A DNA stretch of 64,000 nucleotides from Waterburya sp. (GCA_965217895.1 CBDCJV010000002.1:256001-320000), one strand, 5' to 3'; shown: positions 1-10,261, counted from the first letter of the stretch. The notes: generated from the sequence alone by a model not told the origin. A program made the numbers and translations.

Positions 1-425
1 GCAAATCTAAACAAGACTGGACAGCAATAGTAATGCAGCAACCACTGGGGAGATGGTTAGTTGGCATAGCTGGGGCGATAACTATCGGCATTGGTTTTTG
101 GCGACTTTACCAAGCATACAAAATTAAGTTTCGCAAAAAACTAAACCTTAGTGAATTGAATTCTCAACAGCAAAATTGGTTAGTAAACGTTAGTCGTTTT
201 GGCATTGCTGCTAGAGGAGTAGTGTTTGTCGCTTTAGGCTTTTTCATCTTACAGGCTGCTTATCAGTACGATCCTCAAAAAGTAAGAGGACTAGACGGCA
301 TTTTACTTACCTTTGCTCAACAGCCTTTTGGTAAAGTTATTCTGGCTTTGGTTGCAGCAGGTTTAATTGCCTATGCAGCTTATCTTTTTATACAGGCTCG
401 TTATAGTCGAATCAAAACCAGCTAA
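1..425 (+). CDS. DUF1206-family membrane protein, C-terminal part (5'-truncated by window)
   Basis: Frame is open to the window edge; repeated QPxG...A.GLIAY TM units and RFGIAARGVVF motif. Confidence 0.75.
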   Translation, partial: KSKQDWTAIVMQQPLGRWLVGIAGAITIGIGFWRLYQAYKIKFRKKLNLSELNSQQQNWLVNVSRFGIAARGVVFVALGFFILQAAYQYDPQKVRGLDGILLTFAQQPFGKVILALVAAGLIAYAAYLFIQARYSRIKTS

Positions 426-439
426 TAGAAGAGGTCATA

Positions 440-561
440 CTAAATCCTATTCAAGTAGGTTACTTAACTGTTGGGTAGTAGGTAGTTTTCTTTAACTACC
501 TACTACGAACGATCAACTTAACAAATTAATGTTTAAGATATTTTTCCCCAATCGGATTTAG
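440..561. mobile_element. MITE with IS630-type ends, copy 1
   Basis: TA|CTAAATCC...AATCGGATTTAG|TG; right end identical to the IS630 TIR at 13552-13563; internal similarity to 3546-3691. Confidence 0.7.
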
Positions 562-587
562 TGTCAGAGGTCAAAGGTCAGTGAACA

Positions 588-1004
588 TTAAGGTGATTTG
601 TAGCTGGCTACCCGAATTATTAATTTTCCTTGCTGTGGATCGTGAGTAAAAATAAATTCGCCAGATCTTTTTTCTTGGCGGGATAAAAAATCAATTTCTT
701 GTCTACCAGTCTCGGCTAGTTTATTATCCAACAATAGGCTAGCCGTAACTTCTACAGACTCTGCTGTTTCTCCTCCAGAATTACTGACCGTAAAAGGTAC
801 GTAGTACTGTTGATTAATCTCTCTAATTTTAGAGTCTGTAGCGATCGCCAGAATTGGTGGGTTAGTGTCTCCCGTAATCCAAGCAAAACATATTAAGGCG
901 ACAAGAATACCTACAATTGAAAGAGAAACACCAAAGCTAACTCTTTCAGCCATTGATTTACTTTGCCAACCTCTACGCGATCGCCTTCTCGATTTTTCTT
1001 GCAT
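588..1004 (-). CDS. TIGR02588 family protein
   Basis: N-terminal TM, YYVPFTVxNxGGxTA and IDFLS motifs; paired with the TIGR02587 gene. Confidence 0.8.
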   Translation of the reverse strand: MQEKSRRRSRRGWQSKSMAERVSFGVSLSIVGILVALICFAWITGDTNPPILAIATDSKIREINQQYYVPFTVSNSGGETAESVEVTASLLLDNKLAETGRQEIDFLSRQEKRSGEFIFTHDPQQGKLIIRVASYKSP

Positions 1005-1029
1005 TGCTTAACGTTATAAAAATACTATT

Positions 1030-1932
1030 TCAGACTGCCAAACGTCCTGCTGCACCGCCAACTGCTGCTGGTAAACCTAGAATAATGCTGTAGCGTAGCC
1101 AGACAAACCAAGGATCGCTAAAGGCTATTTTTTGAAAAAACCATAGCATTAACATTCCTGTTAGCAAAGATATTAAGTATGATACAACAGTTTCACTTTG
1201 GGGAGATTGAAAGAGTCCCTGCTGCTGACGACGCTGCTTAGAATTGGTAATATTAGAAGCAAAAACAATACCGTAAGAAATTAGTAAAGAAGCTGCCACA
1301 ATAAGTAATAGCCAAAAGGGAGAAGCGGAAGCTGCTAGTACAGTCACTTCATCTGTAGGTGCAATACTAAAGGCAATAAATAAAGCTCCAATCAAGGTGG
1401 CACTAAAGTCGGCTATAGTATCTTGCCAAACTAATCGATCTACAGTATCAGTCTGAGATTTGTTTGGCTTGCGTCGATCTGAATCAACTTCAGATTCATC
1501 GCCCAAAAGCGATCGCGAAAAAGTGACTCCCAAAGAAAAAGGTACGCCTTCAAATACTATTTTGCCTAATGCTTCGCTTAAAGATGTGTGTAAATCGATG
1601 CGCTGTAAAATAATTAACATCATGGTAGCGCAGGTAATACCGATTGCTAAGGTTTCTATAGTTTCGGCGATCGCACCTAGTAAAGTATCACTTTCTTGAG
1701 GACGAAATCCTTCGATGCGATTAAACAAGAAAACAATGATCAGGGTAAGTGCTAATATGCCCAGTAATATTGCTGGTTGAACATAAGAGCCAATAAACCA
1801 GACTTCCATTGTATACAGAAGAGGAATTCCAAAAAGAAAGCCTCCAGATGCTCCGCTAACAATTTCTTTTATTTCGTCCCGCCAATTATCTCCTCGAGGA
1901 GCGTTATGGCGATTTTTGCTTTGTTTTTTCAC
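1030..1932 (-). CDS. TIGR02587 family integral membrane protein (DUF2391)
   Basis: GGFLFGIPLLYTMEVW, IAPTDEV and terminal GGAAGRLAV motifs. Confidence 0.85.
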   Translation of the reverse strand: MKKQSKNRHNAPRGDNWRDEIKEIVSGASGGFLFGIPLLYTMEVWFIGSYVQPAILLGILALTLIIVFLFNRIEGFRPQESDTLLGAIAETIETLAIGITCATMMLIILQRIDLHTSLSEALGKIVFEGVPFSLGVTFSRSLLGDESEVDSDRRKPNKSQTDTVDRLVWQDTIADFSATLIGALFIAFSIAPTDEVTVLAASASPFWLLLIVAASLLISYGIVFASNITNSKQRRQQQGLFQSPQSETVVSYLISLLTGMLMLWFFQKIAFSDPWFVWLRYSIILGLPAAVGGAAGRLAV

Positions 1933-2029
1933 ATACTATGTATTTTTTTGTCAGCAAAAAGGTCGGTAAACGACCGTATTTTATGATAAATTACCGACCT
2001 TATATGTTAACGTCAACCAAGCTTATTGA

Positions 2030-2230
2030 TTAACGAGCTTCTGTACCTTGATTAGGAGAACCTGGAGTTTCGGATCTAGCACCAGGTGCTTCAGGTGCTG
2101 CATTTTTGGTTTCTTGCTTTACACCTTGTCCTGTTAAACGTTGTTCTGGATCTACAGGAGTTTGATATCCACCATCCGCAGCAGGAGTTGCTGTTTCTTT
2201 ATCTGTTTCTTTTTCTTTTGAATCTGCCAT
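2030..2230 (-). CDS. small hydrophilic hypothetical protein
   Basis: 66 aa, ATG start, AGG upstream, charged/Pro-rich composition typical of stress-cluster peptides. Confidence 0.6.
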   Translation of the reverse strand: MADSKEKETDKETATPAADGGYQTPVDPEQRLTGQGVKQETKNAAPEAPGARSETPGSPNQGTEAR

Positions 2231-2294
2231 GATTTTTACCTATTGACATTGTTGTTAGCTATTAATAGTATTTAAGTTTTTTTCAATCATCAAA

Positions 2295-2310
2295 ACTATC
2301 TTGAGATAGA
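2295..2310. promoter_or_regulatory. palindromic motif (a/t)CTATC-N4-GATAGA, putative TF site
   Basis: ACTATCTTGAGATAGA in a divergent promoter; similar site at 7045-7060. Confidence 0.4.
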
Positions 2311-2472
2311 GATGAACTGTGCCTTTAATACAAAGGTTCTATAGTACAAACAACTATATCTATAGTCATATACTATAGAAAAAATAGATATCTCATTGGT
2401 TAGATGTAAGTATATTCAACCAACAATAATATGAGAGTTGAAATTATTTAATAATTTGAGAAAGAAATAATT

Positions 2473-3447
2473 ATGGCATTAGCAAAAATTGCAGATTTAT
2501 ATCCTAATTACAAAGAAGATATTTTTGGTGGCGAAGATATCAAAGATTTTTCAGTATATGACCTTAATAATGATAAAATTGGTTCAGTCTACGACATTAT
2601 TGTTGATGAAACTGGTAGTTTTCGCTACCTAGTTTTGGACACTGGATTTTGGATTTTTGGTAAAAAGGTTTTGTTACCAGTAGGTAAAGCAAACGTTGAT
2701 TATAGCCAACGCCGAGTCTATGCCAAGGGCTTAACCAAAGACCAAGCGGAAAGCTTGCCCGAATATAGCGATGATATGACCGTCGATCATGATTACGAAG
2801 AAAGAGTCAGAAGAGTATATCGCGGTGTGGGATATGATGACACAAATACAGTTCGCGATGGAGTAGCACAAGAATACGATAGCGGTGCTTATAACACTAC
2901 CACAGCCAATGACTACACTTACGATCGTGAGCCAGATTTATACTCTCATCAAGAAGCAGACGGTCTTCAAAGCCTAAAACTTTATGAAGAGCGTTTAGTA
3001 GCCAACAAAGAACGTTTCCGTGCAGGTTCGGTAACAGTAGGAAAAAGAGTTGAAACTGAGACAGCAAATGTCTCCGTCCCTGTAGAAAAAGAAAGAGTTG
3101 TGATTGAGCGTACCACACCTACTACTAATGATGTGGTTACACCTGGAGAAGCTGCCTTTGGCGGAGGCGAAGTTGCTCGTGTAGAACTATATGAAGAGAC
3201 TGCTGATATTCAAAAGCAAGCATTTGTTAGAGAAGAAGTAAGCGTTCGCAAAGAAGTAGAGAAAGATATTGTATCTGCTAACGAAACCATACGTCGTGAA
3301 GAACTTGATGTGGAAACAGACGGTGATGCCGTTGTCAACAGAAACATTGACGGAGACGAAGATATTAACAGAAATAGAGATATTGACAGAAATAGAGATA
3401 TTGACAGAAATAGAGATATTGACAGAAACAGAAGAGACAACATCTAA
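2473..3447 (+). CDS. PRC-barrel + YsnF/AvaK (DUF2382) stress protein
   Basis: FRYLVLDTGFWIFGKKVLLPVG (PRC barrel); LYEERLVANK...VREEVSVRKEV (DUF2382). Confidence 0.9.
   Translation: MALAKIADLYPNYKEDIFGGEDIKDFSVYDLNNDKIGSVYDIIVDETGSFRYLVLDTGFWIFGKKVLLPVGKANVDYSQRRVYAKGLTKDQAESLPEYSDDMTVDHDYEERVRRVYRGVGYDDTNTVRDGVAQEYDSGAYNTTTANDYTYDREPDLYSHQEADGLQSLKLYEERLVANKERFRAGSVTVGKRVETETANVSVPVEKERVVIERTTPTTNDVVTPGEAAFGGGEVARVELYEETADIQKQAFVREEVSVRKEVEKDIVSANETIRREELDVETDGDAVVNRNIDGDEDINRNRDIDRNRDIDRNRDIDRNRRDNI
3361..3432 (+). repeat. in-frame 18-bp tandem repeat x4 (DIDRNR)
   Basis: gatattRacagaaaYaga x4. Confidence 0.9.
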
Positions 3448-3474
3448 GTTACGGATTATTTAATCTTTTCATAG

Positions 3475-3516
3475 TAAATGCAGGTAGGTATTAAACCCTA
3501 CCTGCATTTATTTTTT
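3475..3516 (+). terminator. intrinsic terminator
   Basis: taaatgcaggtagg/cctacctgcattta stem followed by a T-run. Confidence 0.75.
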
Positions 3517-3545
3517 GTCTGTAGTTTTATATTAGCGATCTCATA

Positions 3546-3691
3546 CTAAATCTTGTTGGTATAGGTTACTTAACTGTTGGATTAAGAAGTAGGTAGTAGG
3601 TAGTTAGTCGCTTGTAGTTTTTTGGAATTACGAACTACAAACTACGAACAACTAACTTAATACTTAAGATGCTTTTTCCAATCGGATTTAG
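3546..3691. mobile_element. MITE with IS630-type ends, copy 2
   Basis: TA|CTAAATC...AATCGGATTTAG|TA, TA target duplication, internal heptamer hairpin. Confidence 0.75.
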
Positions 3692-3707
3692 TATCATCCC
3701 TACACCC

Positions 3708-3831
3708 CAATACCGTTCGGTTAAGCCCCCCAGCCCCCAAATTTGGGGGAGTAAGATTCGTTAAAGTCCTCCAAGATTGGGGGATTTAGGGGGCGAACGA
3801 AATAACTTGAAAGACTAACCGAACAGTATTG
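3708..3831. mobile_element. MITE with ~17-bp TIR and 10-bp target duplication (Nezha-like)
   Basis: CAATACCGTTCGGTTA...TAACCGAACAGTATTG flanked by ccctacaccc at 3698-3707 and 3832-3841. Confidence 0.85.
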
Positions 3832-4152
3832 CCCTACACCCTATCCTACCTACTCACGAGCCAACAGTTTTGCGAATAATCATTAACAATAGTATTTATG
3901 ATCTTGACAACAAAAAGTAAATAAATAATAATCATCTAAATAATAAAAATGAAAATCTTGATAAGATAATTTAAGGCGATCGCCAAGCTAGTCAAAGGCA
4001 TCATCTATCTTTAAATTTAATTAAAAATAACTTAATAAAAACTAACTCAATAAATTACGACTTATTATCTAAATTAGGGCAATAAGAATTTTATTGTTTC
4101 ATTCTAGTTAAGCGTCGGTCGTTTCTTAATTAAGAAAAATCAAAAATGGACT

Positions 4153-4572
4153 ATGAAAAAACTATCAAATACAGAATTAGAGGTTGAGCCGATTCCTCTG
4201 ATCCTATCAGTGGAAGACGATCTAGATAATCAGCTACTAATCAAATATATAACTGCCATGTATGGTTGGAGATCCATATTTGCAGCTAATGCTTTAGAGG
4301 CGATTAGCATGGCTAAAAAACATCAACCAGATTTAATTTTGCTAGACATTGTTTTACCTGACATTAGCGGATTACAGATAGCAATGATGCTTAAAACACA
4401 CCATGAAACTCGCAGCATACCTTTAATTGCGGTTACAGGATTGTCTAGAAAACAAGAAAAAGACCTGATCTTTGCAGCAGGTTTTGACGATTATGTTTGC
4501 AAACCTTATGCTTTTAGTGAACTACAAACGGCGATCGCATCGCATCTGAGAAATAAGCTGGCTGCAATTTAG
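4153..4572 (+). CDS. single-domain response regulator (CheY/DivK-like)
   Basis: VEDD, PDLILLDIVLP, IAVT and KP motifs. Confidence 0.9.
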   Translation: MKKLSNTELEVEPIPLILSVEDDLDNQLLIKYITAMYGWRSIFAANALEAISMAKKHQPDLILLDIVLPDISGLQIAMMLKTHHETRSIPLIAVTGLSRKQEKDLIFAAGFDDYVCKPYAFSELQTAIASHLRNKLAAI

Positions 4573-4618
4573 AATTACTAATTACTATATATTTGTAGAG
4601 GCGATCGCAATTCTAAAG

Positions 4619-5506
4619 TTACCCTGCCATACTTGATAAATTGATCGCTCTTTTTTGCAGCAGTTTCATGGCTTTATTTTTAATCTGTCTGACTCTTTCT
4701 CTGCTAATACCACACACCTCGCCAATTTGTTCATAGGTCATAATTTTGCCGTCTTTCAAACCATAACGTAAGATAATTACGTCTCGCTGCTTGGGAGATA
4801 GGGTGTGTAGCAAATTTTCAATCTTGTCAATAATTTCTTTTTCGGATACAAAATCTGCTGGAGAATCAGAATCGTCTGACAAAATTTGTCCTAATTCTGT
4901 TTTATTCTCATCAATAGTAGCGTTTAAGCTTTTCGGTTTGGTAATTCGTGCAGTTTGAGCTAAAGTTCTCAATTTATCAATGTCCATATCCAATTCCGCT
5001 GCTATTTCGCTATCGGTTGGTTTGCGTCCTAGGGTTTGTGAAAGCTGGCGAGTAGTTTTCTTTACTTTATTTAGATCTTGGGTAATATGAATTGGTAAAC
5101 GAATAGTACGAGCCGAATTAGCGATCGCTCTGGTCATTGCTTGCCTAATCCACCAGTAGCTATAGGTAGAAAATTTATAACCTTTGCTAGGATCGAACTT
5201 TTCAGCCGCTCTCATTAGACCAATACTACCTTCTTGGATCAAATCCAGTATAGATAAACCACGATTCTGATATTTTTTAGCTACTGAAACTACCAAACGT
5301 AAATTTGCCTGAGTCATTCTCTTTTTAGCCAACTGACCCTGTTGCACTATTCTTGCTTCTTCTGGGGTTAGGTCTTCTTTCTCGTTTAAAGACAGCATCG
5401 CTTGAATTTGATTAGCAAGCGTGACTTCTTCTTCTGAACTTAATAAAGGAGTACGACCAATTTCTTTTAAGTAGCTAGCTATGCTGTTGTTAGAAATAGT
5501 TACCAT
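4619..5506 (-). CDS. group 2 RNA polymerase sigma factor (RpoD/SigA family, no region 1.1)
   Basis: [51 protein letters not shown]. Confidence 0.92.
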   Translation of the reverse strand: MVTISNNSIASYLKEIGRTPLLSSEEEVTLANQIQAMLSLNEKEDLTPEEARIVQQGQLAKKRMTQANLRLVVSVAKKYQNRGLSILDLIQEGSIGLMRAAEKFDPSKGYKFSTYSYWWIRQAMTRAIANSARTIRLPIHITQDLNKVKKTTRQLSQTLGRKPTDSEIAAELDMDIDKLRTLAQTARITKPKSLNATIDENKTELGQILSDDSDSPADFVSEKEIIDKIENLLHTLSPKQRDVIILRYGLKDGKIMTYEQIGEVCGISRERVRQIKNKAMKLLQKRAINLSSMAG

Positions 5507-5589
5507 GATTAGCTTAATTTACTTAGTATATTTGTTTGACGGTTTATTGTGGGTATGGAGATAGTGACAAAAGATAATACCTGTAACTT

Positions 5590-5865
5590 TTAAATTTCTG
5601 AACAAGAAATAACGTCTGTAATTACCCCAGCACTTGTTTGCTGAGAAATTTCTAGTTCGCAGTCATCGTTTGCTTCAAAGATAAAATTTTCGCCAGGGAA
5701 AATAACTCGCTCACAATGTCGTTCAACTAGTCCGCAAATACGGGTAATAGCGATGCTACCCGTGTTATTTTTGTAACAATACATCTTTTGAGAATCAAGA
5801 CTAGAATCGTTTGGCAGAAATACTTTAGTCATCATTAGAAGGTTGTCGATCTGGCGTAACCTCAC
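5590..5865 (-). CDS. DUF1830 domain protein (true start probably downstream of 5865)
   Basis: YCYKNNT...RI...ERVIFPGE.FIFEA; paralog at 34235. Confidence 0.75.
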   Translation of the reverse strand: MRLRQIDNLLMMTKVFLPNDSSLDSQKMYCYKNNTGSIAITRICGLVERHCERVIFPGENFIFEANDDCELEISQQTSAGVITDVISCSEI

Positions 5866-6139
5866 CAGAAAAAAACACTAAAGGTTTTTTAAACTACACC
5901 TAATTATTCCAATAATGATCGTTATTCGTAATCATCCGCTAGTTATAAAGCTTGTTTTCTTAGTAGGCTATGAGAAAATGTTTGTAAAGCAAATATTAAG
6001 GATGGAGAAGATGGAGGAGAAACTCCAAACACTCCAAATACGACCCTACCCAACAGCAGTAGAATTTTTTTTTCTTTTTGCAAACAGTCTTTGAGATATA
6101 TGACCTTGTTCAAATTAACTAAATTTAGGCTATTTCAAT

Positions 6140-6949
6140 TTATTCTCCCGCAGACCAGGGTTGGAGAAAATCAGGATATAAAGTCAAACCGCCGTCTACA
6201 AATAGAGTTTGACCAGTAATATAGGCTGCGTCATCAGAAGTCAAAAAAGCTGTAATAGCTGCCATTTCTTCAGAAGTTCCAACTCTACCCATAGGAATAT
6301 GACTTTCTACTTCTTTTAGTTTTTGAGGATCTTCAGTCCAGCTATTGATTGGTGTGGCGGTAGCACCAGGCGCGATCGCATTGACGCGAATACCGTAAGG
6401 TGCATATTCTAAAGCCAGAGTTTTGGTCATATTTTCCATGCCACCTTTGCTAATTGAGTAGCTGACGTAGGTAGGACGAGGAATAATTTCATGGACGCTA
6501 GAAACATTAATGATAATTCCCTGGCTGCCACGGTTTAAAAAGTGCTTGATAGCTTCTCTGGCACAAAGATAAGCACCTCGCAGATTAACCTGAATTACTT
6601 TGTCAAAGTCTTCAGTTTTTAGTTCATGGGAAGGTGCAGCAGTTTGAATACCCGCATTATTAATCAGAATATCTAGGCTACCTAGTTGATTGACTGTCTC
6701 ACTGCACATCCGCACGATATCTGCTTCCTCAGACACATCACCTTCTACGGCAATTGTTTTACCAGTACAGCCTTCAGATGGCGAACACATCTGGGCGATC
6801 AATTCTTTGGTGGAGTCAAGCTTTTCAGGGTCGTTACGATAATTGAGTGCCACATTAGCACCTTCTGTAATATAGTAAGCTGCGATCGCCTGTCCAATAC
6901 CCGAAGTTGCCCCTGTGACTAGAACGTTTTTACCTTTAATACCCTTCAT
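6140..6949 (-). CDS. glucose 1-dehydrogenase-like SDR oxidoreductase
   Basis: TGATSGIG, NNAG, SSVHE, YSISK motifs. Confidence 0.9.
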   Translation of the reverse strand: MKGIKGKNVLVTGATSGIGQAIAAYYITEGANVALNYRNDPEKLDSTKELIAQMCSPSEGCTGKTIAVEGDVSEEADIVRMCSETVNQLGSLDILINNAGIQTAAPSHELKTEDFDKVIQVNLRGAYLCAREAIKHFLNRGSQGIIINVSSVHEIIPRPTYVSYSISKGGMENMTKTLALEYAPYGIRVNAIAPGATATPINSWTEDPQKLKEVESHIPMGRVGTSEEMAAITAFLTSDDAAYITGQTLFVDGGLTLYPDFLQPWSAGE

Positions 6950-7163
6950 TTATTAATCAACTTGATTACTAATCTGCTTGTCAACAATCATGTAGCAAAT
7001 TAATTTGCCGTTGCATCCCTCTTTGGTAGCAAATGTATTATCTCTATATCCTGAGATAGAAATATAAACTTTAACTTAGTAATTTTCTGCTTGCGGATAG
7101 AATTGTTTATTAAAAGTATTGCTATAGTCTGTGACAGGACAGGATAACCAGAATATATATTTT

Positions 7164-8177
7164 ATGAATTCACTTAGCCCTTTACAAACCGTCACGCAGC
7201 AATTGACCTCAATGGTCAAAAGTACGATTCAATTGTTGCCGAATATATTAATCGCGGTTGTTGTCTTTATTATCTTCTGGTTTATTGCCAGATTTTCCCG
7301 CAGGTTAATTAAAAATTTTACTAAGCGTAAAAAGTCCCGTAATTTAGGTCTGGTTTTAGCTAGGCTTTCCCAAGGATTGATTATCTTAGTCGGTGCTTTT
7401 ATTGCCTTAGCAATTATTATTCCTTCTTTTAAGCCAGGAGATTTGGTACAGCTATTAGGAGTTAGTGGGGTTGCCGTCGGTTTTGCTTTCCGCGATATTT
7501 TGCAGAATTTTTTGGCAGGTATTTTAATTTTAATTACTGAACCTTTTGTCATCGATGACCAGATAGTATTTAATGACTTTGAAGGTACGGTAGAAGAGAT
7601 TCAAACCCGCGCTACTATGATTAGAACCTACGATGGGACTAGAATTGTAATTCCTAATGCCGAGCTATTTACCAACTCAGTGAAGGTGAATACAGCTTTT
7701 GAAAAACGTCGTTTGCAGTATGATATCGGCATTGGCTATGGTGACGATATTGCCCAAGCCAAGAAAATCATCTTAGATGTACTCCACGACGATCCTCAAG
7801 CTATATCAGATCCACCTCCTGAAGCATTGGTAGTAGAGTTAGCCGATAGCACCGTCAATATTCGCGCTCGCTGGTGGATTAATCCTCCTCGTCGTGCCGA
7901 AGCCATAGACTCTCAAGATATGGTATTAACCGAGTTGTGTAACAGACTAGTAGCTGCTGGTATCGATCTACCTTTCCCCACTCAGCAAATCTTGTTCCAC
8001 GATCAAACAGAAGAGACAGATGGCGATCGCGCTCGTCAAAGAGAAGGCTGGCCCTCGGTTAAAGGTAACAATCCCAAAGCTAGGGGTATTAGCGATTCTC
8101 TGCGACAATTAGCTAAAATACCTAGTAGTAAAGAAGATGACAAGAATAATAACAATGACAATGTACGTCACGGCTAA
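7164..8177 (+). CDS. MscS-family mechanosensitive channel
   Basis: GVAVGFAFRDILQNFLAG, IVIPN, IGIGYGDD; ATG at 7164 preferred as start. Confidence 0.9.
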   Translation: MNSLSPLQTVTQQLTSMVKSTIQLLPNILIAVVVFIIFWFIARFSRRLIKNFTKRKKSRNLGLVLARLSQGLIILVGAFIALAIIIPSFKPGDLVQLLGVSGVAVGFAFRDILQNFLAGILILITEPFVIDDQIVFNDFEGTVEEIQTRATMIRTYDGTRIVIPNAELFTNSVKVNTAFEKRRLQYDIGIGYGDDIAQAKKIILDVLHDDPQAISDPPPEALVVELADSTVNIRARWWINPPRRAEAIDSQDMVLTELCNRLVAAGIDLPFPTQQILFHDQTEETDGDRARQREGWPSVKGNNPKARGISDSLRQLAKIPSSKEDDKNNNNDNVRHG

Positions 8178-8179
8178 TT

Positions 8180-9385
8180 ATGTTCAAGGGATTTAAAAGC
8201 TGGCTGGCTGATAGTCGTAATTTTATCTTTTCTCGGTATACCAAAGACTCCGAAGAAACCCAAGAGCCTGAAAAATCGCTAATTGAATTGCCACCAGAAG
8301 TGCAAAAAAAGCTGGTTGAAGATACTGAAAACCTGCCTAGCAACCCTGCCGATCAAAAAGCGATCGTCGATGCTTTGGATGAAGCTTTTGAACGTTGGCA
8401 GGCTAATCCAAATAACAGCAACAATTCGATAGTTATTCTTAGTAGTCCCGTGGCTGCGGTGTCCCGTATACTATCAGAGACACTAGAAGACTGGACAAAG
8501 CAAAAGCAAATACCGATGAAGCTTTTACCTATGAAAGCTAGACCAATTGCTGCGGAGAAGATTAAATCTAAATTAGAGCATTATCTCAAGCAACAACAGC
8601 CTGAAAATGATGATCCCCAAGAGCAACAGCCAGAGGTAATAGTAATTCCTAACCTTAGCTGGTGTTTTTTGCGATCGCTTGAAGGTTTAGAAGGAATTGA
8701 ATATTTACAGTCATTATTGTGTGATGGCTCTGAAAATCGCTTCTGGATTATTGGCGGAGGTCAAGTAGGATGGGAATATTTAAACTCAGTCTGCAATCTA
8801 GAGGCATATTGCGGAAAAACAATGACGCTACCTAAAATTGAGTCTGAAGAATTTCAAGAATGGCTTGAGCCAATCATTGAGGATTTAGATATTACTTTTG
8901 ATAAGCCAGGCATTGATAAACAGCTTTTAGAAGGTGACAAGTCAAATAAAACCAATTATTTCAATCGTCTAGCCGATATTTCAGAAGGAATTAGCACTGT
9001 CGCCGTACAGGCTTTTTTAAAATCAATTCACTATCAAGAAATAGATGAAGTTGAGGATTTTTTAAAAGATATTGAAACAGATGTAGAACATAAGCTATCT
9101 GAAAAAATTGTAGTGGCTCAAATTCCGCACTTACCCGATCTACCCGATCTAGAGCTAGCAGACCAATATCTTTTGTACTCTCTTTTACTTCATGGAGACA
9201 TAACCATATCGGCCTTAGCTGAAAGTCTGGGAGACGAGAGATCGCAAGTACAAAACAGAGTTTTAGTGCTGCGTCATCAGGGTGTAGTGGAACAACAAGA
9301 AAAAGTTATTAAAATAAATCCCATCTACTATCCCAAGATTAAACGCGAATTAGCACAAAATAACTTTGTCATAAATAGGGATTAG
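8180..9385 (+). CDS. hypothetical protein, degenerate P-loop-like fold with C-terminal winged helix
   Basis: 401 aa ORF 2 nt after the MscS gene; LLYSLLLHGDITISALAESLG...LVLRHQGVV wHTH-like end. Confidence 0.65.
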   Translation: MFKGFKSWLADSRNFIFSRYTKDSEETQEPEKSLIELPPEVQKKLVEDTENLPSNPADQKAIVDALDEAFERWQANPNNSNNSIVILSSPVAAVSRILSETLEDWTKQKQIPMKLLPMKARPIAAEKIKSKLEHYLKQQQPENDDPQEQQPEVIVIPNLSWCFLRSLEGLEGIEYLQSLLCDGSENRFWIIGGGQVGWEYLNSVCNLEAYCGKTMTLPKIESEEFQEWLEPIIEDLDITFDKPGIDKQLLEGDKSNKTNYFNRLADISEGISTVAVQAFLKSIHYQEIDEVEDFLKDIETDVEHKLSEKIVVAQIPHLPDLPDLELADQYLLYSLLLHGDITISALAESLGDERSQVQNRVLVLRHQGVVEQQEKVIKINPIYYPKIKRELAQNNFVINRD

Positions 9386-9391
9386 ATAACA

Positions 9392-10261
9392 GTGAACAAT
9401 TATCAATTCTATTGGTTGGCTCAATCTGCGGGAGATGCTGCCAATGAAACAGCCGAACAAACCAAAAGTATTGTTTCTAAAATTACTACAGGCAAAGTTG
9501 CCCAAGCGATTTTTATCTTAATAGCCACTTATCTAATTGTAAAGCTATTAGATTGGTTAGTTAATTGGCTTTCAGAAAGAATTGCCAGGGGATGGCGACT
9601 ACGAGTCAAACAGGTTTTACCTTTTTTGCGACTGCTGTTGTTTACCTTTGTCACCGTATTTTTGATGAACTTATTTCTCAATTTGTCCAAACAAAACATA
9701 TTGGCGGTAACTGGCACGGTAGCCGTTGCCTTAGGGTTTGCGTTCAAGGATTTTGCCAGTTCAATTATCGCGGGAATAGTCGGCTTATTTGAATCTCCCT
9801 ATCGAGTGGGCGATCGCATTGAAATTGGGGACTATTATGGAGAGGTAATTAGTTACGGTGTACGCTCTATCAAGATTCAAACTCCAGATGATAATACGGT
9901 TACCATTCCCCATAATAAAATCTGGACAGAAGCAGTATCTAACGCTAATGCAGGAGAGTTAGAAGCTCAGGTGGTGACTAAGTTTTATTTTGCTCACGAA
10001 ATTGACATTAATACAGTTAAAAAAATTCTTTATCGAGTGGCTCAGACAAGTAAGTATACCCATCTTAAGCTGCCTATCGTTGTAATTATGGAGGAAAAAG
10101 CCTGGGGGACTTCGTTTAAGCTTAAGGCTTATCCCCTTGATGCAAGGGATGAATTCATTTATAAAACCGATCTAATTGCCAGAGCCAAAAGAGCTTTCGC
10201 TAAATACCAGCTTGCTTATCCCCATCTTCTAGACCTTGAAGAACTTAAAACGAAGGAATAA
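9392..10261 (+). CDS. MscS-family mechanosensitive channel
   Basis: AVALGFAFKD, PYRVGDRI, TPDDNTVTIPHN. Confidence 0.9.
   Translation: MNNYQFYWLAQSAGDAANETAEQTKSIVSKITTGKVAQAIFILIATYLIVKLLDWLVNWLSERIARGWRLRVKQVLPFLRLLLFTFVTVFLMNLFLNLSKQNILAVTGTVAVALGFAFKDFASSIIAGIVGLFESPYRVGDRIEIGDYYGEVISYGVRSIKIQTPDDNTVTIPHNKIWTEAVSNANAGELEAQVVTKFYFAHEIDINTVKKILYRVAQTSKYTHLKLPIVVIMEEKAWGTSFKLKAYPLDARDEFIYKTDLIARAKRAFAKYQLAYPHLLDLEELKTKE

Noticed and set aside
3361..3432. Possible CRISPR array in the 18-bp repeats (also the 33-bp repeats near 56293-56390)
   Set aside because: Head-to-tail in-frame coding repeats with no unique spacers; no cas genes.
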